This document shows, piece after piece, positions 1 through 10,941 of a stretch of DNA of 64,000 nucleotides. This DNA is from Vitrella brassicaformis CCMP3155 (Eukaryota > Protista > Chromerida): contig CDMY01000144.1 in the NCBI GenBank assembly GCA_001179505.1, positions 117,451 to 181,450 of the forward strand, given 5' to 3'. The translations under genes were made by a program, and so were the position numbers. The notes under the pieces are model-generated. The model did not search any database. It worked only from the letters and a program-made list of their open reading frames with translations, and was not told where the DNA came from. How positions within the stretch are numbered: position 1 is the first letter of the stretch; each line of letters opens with the position of its first letter.

Positions 1-25
1 GAAAGGCATTTTGGGCTGCTGAGAA

Positions 26-1290
26 CTACTGAGAACCTGAGAACAGATGGAGGTGAGGGAGGAGGCTGGGCCCCTTTGCGCGGGGATGTGCATGGCGCAT
101 GCATGTGGTTCTCAATTGTCTTGCTCTCTCCGTGTGTGCAGGTGGAAGAGGCGTTCTCATGGTGAGCAAGGGGTGGACCCACACTGGCAAACACACACGA
201 TAAGGTGAGTGGCCGCATCCAAGATGAGAGACACACGACAGATTCTCTTCCTCTGCCGTGCACGTACGCATGTGTGTTGTGCAGGTGTTGTTGGTTGGAT
301 GATGAGAATGCATGCAAAGAAGACGTCCTCGTCTGCGGCAAGGCATCCGTCCCTCATGTGCGTACGAACTTTTCGTGATGTGGCGTGTTTGCATGTGTGC
401 AGTGGGGGAGGGGGGTGGGGGGAGGGGTGGAGTTTAGAAGGCAGAAAATGGTGTACAGGGAGGTTCATTTGATGACACTCACTTCGGCTGCGTGTTGTTC
501 CGTTCCTCTTGCTGTCCTACAAGCATGGCCTGCTTGTCCTCCATCTCTCTCTCTCTCTCTCTGCTTGAGTCTGCCTGTCTGTCTGTCTGTCTGGCTGGCT
601 GGTCCCTAGACGTGTGTGTGGTCGTGGCGTTGAAACCGACTCAGCGGCAGTCCTCACAAGGGTCCAACCGCTGTTTCTCAGAAGCACTGGACCCCCTACA
701 CACCACACCCACTGCACACAACACACACATCCACACACCCACCCTCCCTCAGCACAGCACACAGACTGCGTGTCTGACGACTGACTTACTCGGCTGATTG
801 CTTCTTGCTGCCTCTCTCTCCTTTGCTCTGTGTTGGCAGGGGTCAGCCAACGCAGAGAAAAGTCGCAGCTGCTCATTGGCACTTTTTGGCCTTAGCCTGT
901 CCACTACCACTTCAGTGAGCAGCTGTGACGTTTGACTCTCAGTGAGACTCTGTGCCATTTGATGTCCCCCACACTCACTGAGAGCGTGCCCCGTGGTGTG
1001 CGCCGCGCGAACCTTTTGAGGAGTGTCATACTCCTGCCAATGGGTGAGTGTCGGGCTCACCATCATGGCTGCACGGGGCTTAGAACGCCCCCGCGGCCGG
1101 GCGGTCTGCGGTGCGGCCTGTTGCAGTGCTCCGTCACGGCGGGCCGTTTCGAGAGAGCCAGGCACTTAGACAGAGAGACAGACTGACTGACAGACAGTCA
1201 GGAAGCGGCAGGGTGCTGCAAGAAGTGGCAGGACGAGCTCGGCTCATCTCGCCGCTTCCGAAGCATCGCTGTGGGGACACTGACTGTGTG
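26..1290 (-). CDS. Probable multi-exon hypothetical protein, running off the window start
   Basis: Exon-like GC-rich blocks (e.g. ~1165-790 PGSLETARRDG...EQRRERQQEAISR followed by GTAAGT donor; ~540-478 EDKQAMLVGQQEERNNTQP followed by GTGAGT) separated by microsatellite-rich introns. No family motif recognised and the frame is uncertain. Confidence 0.35.
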
Positions 1291-1319
1291 TAAGGAGAGG
1301 GAGGGGTGGGATGGGGTGA

Positions 1320-1357
1320 ATATATCGTAGGGAGGACGATATATCGTAGGGAGGACG
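1320..1357. repeat. Perfect 19-bp tandem duplication ATATATCGTAGGGAGGACG x2
   Basis: Read directly at 1320-1338 and 1339-1357. Confidence 0.95.
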
Positions 1358-1857
1358 TTGAAATGGCGCGGGCGTTTGTCAACCGTTTTGAGTTGAGTGT
1401 GTGCGCGCCAATGTCGGGCGGCAGCCACGGTCAAGGCCCATCCGCAGTCTGAGAAGCAATGGGCCACCACACACACAAACGGGCGGAACAGACAGACAGA
1501 CAGACAGGCAGACACGGGCTTCTCTCTCCCTCTCTCTCTCTCTCTCTCCTGCTTGGTTGACGGTCTTGTCGTTTTCCTGCGTGCGTGGATTGCGTCTCGT
1601 TCTGTCTCACGTCTTCTTGCCAGCTGCTGTGTTGCCTCTGTCTGCCCTTGTTCGTGATGTAGAAGTGTGGATTGGATTGGATTACATGAGCATGGTGGAC
1701 CATGTGGTGTGATGTGTGTATGTTTATGTTGATATGGAAGGAGGGACCTACTTATCTGTGTGATGTCCTTGCGTTTAATGAACGGCTTAGAACACCACAA
1801 TGTTCGCTGCAAGAATGAACCATTGATTGAGTCAGGTCAGTGGGTCGGTCACGTCGG

Positions 1858-4100
1858 TCACACCTCTATCCTCTGTTTATCTGACTGCACTATCTGTGCG
1901 GCAATCCGGGAAAACAGCCCCTGCAGGTCCCTCCGCCGCATCGAGTCTATCGCATCGATGTTGCTCGGACGCTCACCCTGCACACATCCATCCATCCATC
2001 CGTACATCCACTCACAGAAAGAACTGCCCACGTTGTGCACCCACCCGTACCTCTGGTAGGACATCGGCGTTGAGTCGGATGAGCCGCCGCAGCTCGCCGT
2101 CCGTGAGCGCCCCGTCGGGTGAGCTGGGCTCCAGCAGACGTGCAGAGGAGGCTGGGCGATCCCCTGCTCCTCCTCCCCGCCGTCTCCTCTGCGTCACTGG
2201 GTGGTCTTCCTCTGGCGGCATGTCTTCGTCGACTGACACCCAACCGTCGCTCGCTGAGTCGTCCTCGTTGGATGAAGGAGCAGTGTCTTGCTCAGCCGCG
2301 ACAGCTGACCACACCACACCACACAGACGTCCACATATACATTATGACGTTGGGAGCAGTGCGTGTGTGTCGATCGATGACGGCTCACGTTCTTGCGGGA
2401 TGGGAACCGGAGTCTTCTTCTCCTGTGGCTGCGGTGGCTCCTCTTCTGGTTCTTCGTTGCCGTCGTCTGCCTCTGGCTCATACTGACCTATACATGCGTC
2501 GGATATCGCCCGCCACAATAGCGGCCTGCATGCCATGCACAGACAACCACGCAGCCCTGTCTTTGTTCGTACGGCGGGGGTGCATGGTGTGGTGTTGTGC
2601 CCACCCATTCTCCCCCGTCATTGATGAGAACGGAACTGGTTGCCATGAGGGCAGTTGCAGCTCTTCGCGCAGTCTGGCGAGGTTGGCGTCACGCTCAGAG
2701 GCTTTGAGTCTGTCCACCTTGGTCGCCGCTACCAAGTAGGGCACATCCATGCTCCTGCACACACATAAACACAGACACACAGAGATAGACCAGACCAACA
2801 CAAAGATGAAGGTGGGTGAGGACAGGGACACCTATTACCTGAGGTTGGCCAGGACGTCCGCATCGACTTCCTGTGCGGGGAGCCGGGAGTCGACCAGCAA
2901 CAGGAACAGACGAAGCTCCGCGCGTTTACGCAAATACGCCCTGCACAGGCAGGCAGGAGAATGGGAGCACAATGCAGTTCACCGCATCGCATCTATGTGC
3001 TCATCCGTCGCCGTGTAGCTCACAGGAGGAAGCTTCGAATCTTCTTAGTGTCCTCCTTGCTGATGCTCCTCGTGTAGCCATAGCCAGGAAGATCAACCAA
3101 CACCACCAGACCCCTTTTCCTGACCAGTAAACGGTCAAATGCGGCCTCTCTATCTCTCTCTCTCTCTCTCTGCCCATGCCCCCATCCGGCCCTCTCGTGC
3201 GGCTGTGTATTGGGCAGGTTGGCTGTTCGAACTGACCTTCGGTCGCTGAGTCTGAAGAGGTTGATCTGCTGCGTCCTGCCGGGGGTTTTGGATATCCTCA
3301 CCTCCGCCCTCTCAGACGCACGCGACTGCACACCACACGCAACAACACAAACACAGAGCCGGCAGCACATGTGTGCGAGAGCCCACCGCCCCCCTTCCCA
3401 CCCACCTGGAGTGAGTTGAGCATGCTCGACTTGCCCACATTGGACCTGCCCAGGAAGGCCACCTCGGGCAGCCCGGTGGCAGGCAAGTCACGGCTGTCCT
3501 CGTAGCCGCCGATGAACGACACGGCGCCCACGTCCTCCCTCTCGAACGGCCGCACCTCCACAGCAGACGAGCCGCCAGACACCTCCACCGCCTCGATGAA
3601 TTGTAGGCCTTTGGGAACAGCCTTGGCTGAGGGAGATGATGCTTCGGGAGTGTCATGGGGAGAGGTGGATGCGTCTGTGGCTGAGGATTGCTTGCGCTGT
3701 CTTGCGAGGCGACGCTGGCGGCTTTGCTGCAGCCAAAGATCCCATCCAGACACACAGACAGGCAGGCAGATGTGCAAACGTGAGTCCATCCATCAGTGCA
3801 TGTTGGTGTGCGTACCTCCTTGGCTCGTTTTTCTGCCTCCTGCTGCCTGCTCTGCCCCCGGGCAGTCTTCCGCGCCACCTTGGCCTTGTACTTCTTGATC
3901 AGCTTCGACTCGTGACGCTCGGACGCCTTGCTGCGGGCCGGCATCACTGTCAGCCTGTCCACCGGTGTCATTGGCTGACGCATGCCGAAGGGTCTGCCGT
4001 GCACGAGGGTGAAGGCATGGGCGCGATGAATCATGGCGTCGATGAAGCACAGTACGGTCAAGAGAGCGTTCCAAACGCTGTGGAAGCACTTAACTTTCAT
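1858..4100 (-). CDS. engB: EngB/YihA/YsxC ribosome-biogenesis GTPase, probably plastid-targeted, with long acidic C-terminal extension
   Basis: Spliced exons give G1 LPEVAFLGRSNVGKSSMLNSL, G2 ISKTPGRTQQIN, G3 LVDLPGYGY, G4 AATKVD, G5 VPFSSMTGENG. N-terminus MKVKCFHSVWNALLTVLCFIDAMIHRAHAF resembles signal peptide + Phe. Confidence 0.9.
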
Positions 4101-4230
4101 TGGATCTTTGACAGCGCCTCTCCAGACCTTCCTCTGCGGTCCAGGAGGTGGAGGGCTGGGCATCTTCTCTGCCTCACGCTAAGCTCGCAGATCTGCAAGC
4201 TCGCAAAGGAGCGTCAAGGCAGTGGTCCAG
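4101..4230. promoter_or_regulatory. Putative compact bidirectional promoter between engB and the U1A/U2B''-like gene
   Basis: Divergent ATGs at 4100 (-) and 4231 (+), 130 bp apart. Contains CAAGCTCGCAAAG (4196-4208), also found upstream of two other genes. Confidence 0.5.
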
Positions 4231-5948
4231 ATGCTGGCACAAGCACAAGCTCCAACAGCTCCAGCAGCTGATGCTAGCAGCTCCGCCGCTGCCACATCCG
4301 GCACAGCCACGACCGCACCAGCGCCAGCACCGACGCCGGCTCCCAACCCGATGGCGATGATGGCAGGGATGATGCCCATGATGGCGGGCAGGGGTATGGG
4401 GGGCGTCATGCCCTTCATGCCCAACATGATGGCACAGATGATGGGCATACAGGTGCCAGGTGTCGCGCAGACCGCCACACCGGCCGCAGCGCAGCCTGCG
4501 CCTGCGCCAGCTGCTCCCGAGGTGATCTTGCCGCCTCCGAAGGACTACCCGCCCAACCAGACTCTGTACGTGCACAACATCAGCACCAAGATCAAGATTG
4601 ACGGTCAGCAACAGAGGGAGGAGGGAGGGAGGTGGAAGGGTGGCCGGCATGCACCTGTCTGTCTGTCTGTCTGTCTGCAGATCTGAAGAGTAATCTGCAT
4701 GACGTGTTCAAGTCCTACGGCAAGATACGCGAGATCATCGCCATGAAGTCGCTTAGGAGAAGGTCCGTCCGTCCACAGATGCACACATGTACCACACTCT
4801 GTACACACCTTGTGCGGCTGTTCGTGTGTGCCTGGCTGCCGTGATTATTGTTCAGGGGTCAGGCGTGGGTGACATTCAACAGCATCGAGGAGGCCACCAA
4901 GGCCAAGGAGGCTGTCCATGGATTCCCATTCCGCAACAAACCACTGGTAGGTAAGCCGGGTTTGCCTACAACCACACACGCCACAACACACACACATCTC
5001 TTGCCGCCCTGCATGCCCCCCGTGCGTGATCAGCAAATCGAGTTCTCCAAGAGCAAGAGCGACCTGATAGCCAAGGAGGAGGGGACGTTCGTGCCGCGGG
5101 CCAAGAAGCCCCTCCCACCCAAGGAGGTCAAGCCCAAGGCCCAGGCAGGTGCGGGTGAGGTGAAGGTCAACGGTGTGGTTAAGATGGAGAATGGGGTGGT
5201 CGTCAAGAAGGAGCCTGTCGACGAGGACATGGACATGGCCAAGGAGGACAAGGCAAAGGGACCATCGCCTGGAGGTACGGTGGTGTTGGGGAGGGCGATG
5301 GGGCAAGGGTTTGGATACACATACCTGTTGGTTGGTTGGTGGGTTGGTTGGTTCGTTTGACGTGTTCAGGTAAGCGGCCGGCTGACGGGTCGCCCACTGC
5401 GGCTGCTGCTCCGAAAACAAGCAGACCATTCTTCCAGGTACACACTGACAGACAGACAGATGATCAACACACACACGCGACTGAGGCACCATTCGCGTGT
5501 ATGTTGGTTCTTCGTTCCTGCAGCCCACTCCTCAGGTTGCGCCTGTGGCTCCCGCGGCGCCCCAGTTCAACGTGGTGATGCCCAACAACATGCTGTTCGT
5601 CGAGAACTTGCCCGAAGATTGCACAGACACCATGCTCACCGCCATATTCGCACAGTAAGCATGGAAGCAGAGGAGGCAAGGGACAAGGAAAGGTGGGACG
5701 GATGGATGGATGGATGGTACTCTGTCTGTGTGTCAGGTTTGGCGGTTTCCAGGAGGTTCGGCTGATTGCGGGTAGGAGGGTGGCTTTTGTCGACTACGAC
5801 ACCGAAGTGCAGGCCACTTTCGCCATGAACGGTACGCGGCAGCCATCGAGCATGTGTGTGCGTATGTGTGTATTTATGCGTATACACAGGTTTGCAAGGG
5901 AAGGAGCTGAACGGGCTGTCGATGAAGATCAGCTACGCCAGGAGATGA
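4231..5948 (+). CDS. Spliceosomal U1A/U2B''/SNF-family two-RRM protein
   Basis: RRM1 PPNQTLYVHNISTKIK...LHDVFKSYGKIREIIAMKSLRRRGQAWVTF...FPFRNKPLQIEFSKSKSDLIAK. RRM2 PNNMLFVENLPEDCTDTMLTAIFAQFGGFQEVRLIAGRRVAFVDY...MKISYARR. The AMKS loop is closer to U2B'' than U1A. Confidence 0.92.
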
Positions 5949-6183
5949 GTGGAAGTGACGTGGGCAGAGAGAGATGCAGCCATCGTGGCTTATAGTACTA
6001 CTCATTGGTGTGCTTGATGACGCGCTACTTATGCTTTGTCTCACTGCTGGCAGCCATACAGACACCAAAAAAAGTCTCAAATTGAATAAATGGCCATGTC
6101 AGTCCCACAAACATCACTCACCGAGTCCCACCCACCCACCCACACACCCATCCAGGCAGCCAGGCCGCCAGATAGGAAGAAGG

Positions 6184-6226
6184 ACGCTTGGATCGTCGGA
6201 CTCCCCCTTTTTCAAGCTCGCAAAGA
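6184..6226 (+). promoter_or_regulatory. Shared upstream element, copy 1 (ACGCTTGGATCGTC...CCCC..TTTCAAGCTCGCAAAGA)
   Basis: Near-identical bipartite sequence at 10667-10703. Both lie 5' of + strand signal-peptide genes. Confidence 0.45.
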
Positions 6227-6364
6227 AAATCCTCGCCGACATACAATTCGATGACGCAGCATCAGAGGAAGGTGAGAGGAACCACAGAATGACAGAGGGA
6301 GATCTGATTTATCCTCTGTGTTATGATCAATTGGTTATGCTGCGCGTGTTCCGGAGCCTCAGGA

Positions 6365-7566
6365 ATGTCTCCACTTGTTGTCGTGGTCGTTCTCTCGGCC
6401 ATCCTTCGTGGTCACGATCTTCGTGTGCGAGATCCATTCCTTCCCAGCTTCCTGCAGCCTCCGCCGCACAGTGCTGTCATCTCCTTCTCACCCACAGCAA
6501 AGACAGCACTGAGAGGGACACCCCAGACGTCCTCCAACGCCGAAGGGAAAACACCAGAGTACATCGCCTCTCAAGAGCTTGTAGACCTGATCAGAATGGA
6601 ACTCTCCGGTGGGTCGGTCTGTCGGTGTCGGATGCCCACACAACCGCGTCTATGTATGGCTATGTGTGTGCAGGCTAGGAGCCGAGCCGCCCGTACAGGC
6701 TGGCAGCTTGCCGCAATGACAGCGAGTGGCACGCAGCCAATGTCATTCAGTTGTACCAAGTGGGACCCCCCTCACACACACATTCATTCACTCGACACGT
6801 GCATCGGGATCGGTATGTGTCTGTGTGTGCCGACTGTGGGCCTGATGATCCTCAGTCAGAACTTGAAGGAGCTGAGCCTTTGGTGAGGGGACGGAACCGC
6901 CCCGCCCCTAACCGAATCTTACTCAGCAAAGAGGACAGCGAGCGCATTAACGAGGCTTTCCGCGACCCCGATCGTTTCATGGGCCCTCTCGTGTCACTCA
7001 AGGCCAATCTTTTCTCCAAGCTCGTGCATCCTTTACTGACGCGCCTGCAGCTGAGAACACGGCGTCGTGTCCGGACCAAAGGCAATATCACATACAGGCG
7101 TTGCGGGTATGGTTTGCGCGACCCAAACGAGGTCGGATTCTCCACACAGATATCGGAGTGCGATGACGTCATTGTGTCGTGCGGAGGCGAGAAGGTGCTG
7201 TTTATCATCATGACAGGCGGCCCTCTGAACGGCTGGCGGCACGAGCAGGCCCTGCTGAAGCGGCTGGTGGCTGACGGACTAGTTCACGGCTTTGTGACGG
7301 ACGGCTCGACCTGGGTGGTCGTCGACATCGAATATCACGACGAGGAGAAGCGGCTGTATTTCGAGGGCGATAAGCTGTTGTTTCTGTCGGCCGACCCGCA
7401 GCTTGTGATGGACCATATTCTGGATGTGATAGAGAAACAGAGGAGGGGCGATGAGTACTGGAATGTGAACACTGACCCTGGAAAGACCCCATCGGGAGAG
7501 CCTTGTTTGGTTGACACGAGTAATGTCGAGAGACTGTCCAAGCTAATAATGGAGAGTACGACATAG
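6365..7566 (+). CDS. Putative secreted hypothetical protein with C-terminal degenerate PD-(D/E)XK/HsdR-N-like domain
   Basis: Hydrophobic N-terminus MSPLVVVVVLSAILRG, three probable exons, long last exon (ORF 6751-7566) containing CDDVIVSCGGEKVLFII...HEQALLKRL...VHGFVTDGSTWVVV. The domain call is pattern-based only. Confidence 0.55.
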
Positions 7567-8109
7567 TGATTTTCTGTATTGGACTTTTTCTGTATGTGTG
7601 TATGCCGAGTAAGTTTGTGTTTCTCCATGTCACTCACTCCCTGTGTGATCGTTGGATGTATGAGATCATGTGTGTGTGCCGTGTGTCTGTCTGTGTGGGA
7701 TCCGACGCGTACATCCGCTGTGCTGTGTCCGTCTGTCTGTTGTGTGTGGCGTGTGTGTTGATGGCACATCAAGAGATTGCGAGTCTGGTTTTTAAGTTTG
7801 TTGCCTGTGATGGATGGTGATTGATGAATGCCATTTACACACACGACATGCGGTGCAGAGAGGGGAAGGACGGACCGGACCGACGGACGGACGGATACGT
7901 GTGTATGTATCATGCTTGAATAAATACCGTGATTCCATCCACACTTATATCATCCATGTCTCACGTAAAGTCGCGTTTCTCCTCAGATAGGACATCAATC
8001 GTCACATCCATGCCTATCTATGCATACAGACAGCCTAAGTGCTCGACCGTCTACCCTACCTACACGGCCCACGGAGGTTGTGCGTAGGACTCATGTGGAC
8101 ACAGCTCTC

Positions 8110-10611
8110 TTAACCGCAGCTCACCAAAGACGGAAGGCTGCAGTGGCGCAGTAGGAACAGCGCGATGAAGAGCGCCATCTGTGACGTGACCACCACAGCC
8201 GCTGCCAGCAGTGTCGTCAGTTCTGCCACCAAGTTGCATGAGGGCACAGCTCATAGAACGTCACCTTGCCGTATCGCTCATCGTGCAGTGCTCTTAGAAT
8301 GAAGAGAACAATGTAAGGTAGAAAGCCGCAGATTAGCGAGGCAGAGGCAAACAGGAGAGTCACCAGCCTGTATTTCACCACACCGGGCTCCGTCTCGCTC
8401 CTCAAGATCGGCAGATTGTGCAGCCGCACAGAAATCTGCAGACATGACACACACACACGCAGAGACCCATACAGACACGACATTGGAGCCGCTCCCTTTT
8501 GATGTGCCTGTCCACCATGAAAAGGACGACTTCGCAGGCCAACTCGATGGCGACCAGGAGACACAGCCCGCCCAGCCTCTCGAACAGCCGGGGCAGCGAG
8601 GGAGACAGCAGCTGCTCCATCGATATCAACGACAGATTGATGAAAACAAGGAAGAGGCTCTCGGCCTGATTGTAGGCATGAGTTTGGTCCGCCAACGCAC
8701 GAAGGTATCTCGGCTTGACGTCAAAGGCGATGAACTATATGGCACACACATTCACACACAAAGCAGACTCGTGCACATTGTATATCTGGCTCCATGTGTG
8801 GGCTGACATTGGATTGAAGATCGAGTGTCGACGTCATAGACGATAACCTGCTGGCTGACGACCGGGGCATTCGTCGGGCAGCCCTCATGACTCGTTGCTA
8901 GTACTGACTGGGCGACCGGCGCGGTGTCTCGGCTGAGCTCAATCGACTCATGGACTTGCGCGATTCCTCCCAGCTCACTGCTGCCGTGCTGAATGCGTCA
9001 CTGCTTGTTGATTTAGCCGCCACATAGGGACAGTCCGCAGCCTTGGAATCTTTGCATGTCTCAGCCTTTTCTGCCTCCGTGGTTGACCGGGCATCCCGAC
9101 TGATCATTCGGATGATGTTAGCGTGGAGAATGTCAGCATAGGGCACCGCCAGGTCGCCAAGGAGATCGTAGAGGGCGAACAACAAAGACGATATTATCTT
9201 GCTGCTAAGATTCTCCATCTTCGCCTGTTATAAGAAGGGCAGAGACATGAGTTACACACGGCTGTGTCTGCTGATGCATGGTGCGGGCATACATGCCTGG
9301 AGTAGCCGCGGCAGGAGTAGTGACCCGAAGCAGACGTAGAGCATAATAGCGTAGTTGCGCAGCGGCGGGCCGTCGCGCATCTTTCTGATTGTTCCACAGC
9401 CCACGGCCACCAAAGGCCAGATGATCAGCAGACACAAAGACGCCACTCGGGCCCTCTCGGTGTCTGTCGTGGCCGCCTCTGCCTGTTTTACAAAAAGTAG
9501 TCCCCACAACAAGACGGCGACGACCGAGAGCAGCAGGACGAAGAACATTTGCAGCGCATAGAGCCACCTATGTTTGACGCCCTCCATGCTTCCCGCAGCA
9601 CGTCCAAAGAACCAGCCCCACAGCAAAGATCCATAAGAGGTGTTCGATCGCAATGAGGACCCAGGTGTAACGCTGCCAGCCGACTGCGACTAGGCCCATG
9701 TACGAGAAGGAGACCGCCGAGGGCAAGAGGAACACAAGCCACGTCTGTCGAAGTCGTGCCCACATCCTACACAAGTGCATCCCCTCCACGATAAGTAGCA
9801 TCCACATAATAGCTGCCACGACCATCACAGAATTCCGCACGTAGTCCACCGCTATGCCGACTAGCGCACTCTCACTTTCGCAGCTTTTCCAGTATGCAAC
9901 TAGAATGCCGACCCACGGCAGTGCCATCATAATGGAAAAGAAGGCCTGGAAGAAGACCGCTGTGATAGCACGGCGCAGATATTGAGAGAAGGGCTCTGGC
10001 AAAAAGCGAGAGCCAGCCACGACCTCCCTCACGTAAACGGTGTCTCCGTCATTTGTCACAGTGGGTTCGTAAACCAAGTGCGAGGTGAATTCCTTCAAAG
10101 GCCGCCGGGTACCCTGCACATCGGTGCAGCCAAGCAGAGGACTCATAAGGTTTGTACTGTTACCAGATTAGTGCTGTGTGCCCTTGGCCCCTTCATTTGG
10201 CTCACCGGCAGCCTTCTCGAACTCCGTCTTCATGACCAAAATAGCCATCTCCTCAGCCCTCAGTGGCGGCCCCTCTTCAGTGATGTCCGGAAGAGTGGTC
10301 GAATGTGAGCACGTGGGGTGAGTCAGATGCGGCTTCGCCTGTTCCGCGCCTTGATGGTTGAAGTCGTCGCTCTTGCTGAGATGCGGAACTGCGGCCTGCT
10401 CGTCCTCTGTCCTGAGCTCTCCTGGCTGAACCCTCTGGCTGCATGGCGGGGGGGTGCAAATGTCTGGGTTGCTGAAGTGAATGAAGATCTCTGTGTCCCT
10501 TCTGAGAGCAGATCCATAGCTCCCCTCAGCTCTGTCGGATGGTTGTGGCTGCACATGGTCTTCTTGATCATCGCCGGGGCTGATCGCATCGCCGTACGGC
10601 CTGTTGATCAT
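8110..10611 (-). pseudogene. Multipass membrane protein of unknown family, with apparent frameshift and in-frame stop
   Basis: Successive hydrophobic exons (AITAVFFQAFFSIMMALPWVGILVAYW; WLYALQMFFVLLLSVVAVLLWGLLF; KMENLSSKIISSLLFALYDLLGDL; ESLFLVFINLSLISME; LVTLLFASASLICGFLPYIVLFILRAL). Frame switch near 9570-9610 and TAG at 8898-8900 followed by more open frame. Confidence 0.55.
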
Positions 10612-10666
10612 GTGTTCAAGCGGGTCGTGGTGAAATGGTGAAGCAAAGAGGCACTTTGGTGGAAGA

Positions 10667-10703
10667 ACGCTTGGATCGTCCCCCTATTTCAAGCTCGCAA
10701 AGA
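10667..10703 (+). promoter_or_regulatory. Shared upstream element, copy 2, in a divergent intergenic region
   Basis: ACGCTTGGATCGTCCCCCTATTTCAAGCTCGCAAAGA matches 6184-6226. Lies between ATG 10611 (-) and ATG 10942 (+). Confidence 0.45.
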
Positions 10704-10941
10704 GAAGGAGCAATGGTGCGGTTCTTCATCTCACAACGGATCAAATGTTCCCCTCATCGCTTGTGCTCGTTGAAATGGGTTTGTTCTTCATCACCGAGAG
10801 GGCATGAGGCGACAATGGTGGGTCAGCTACAATATCTTCCGGCCGTTTGACCATTGCAAATGAGTGATACGTACACATCTGTGTACATACATACGCTGTG
10901 TTTGACATGGTCAGGCATTGTGAGGCCAAGCCCGTCGATAC

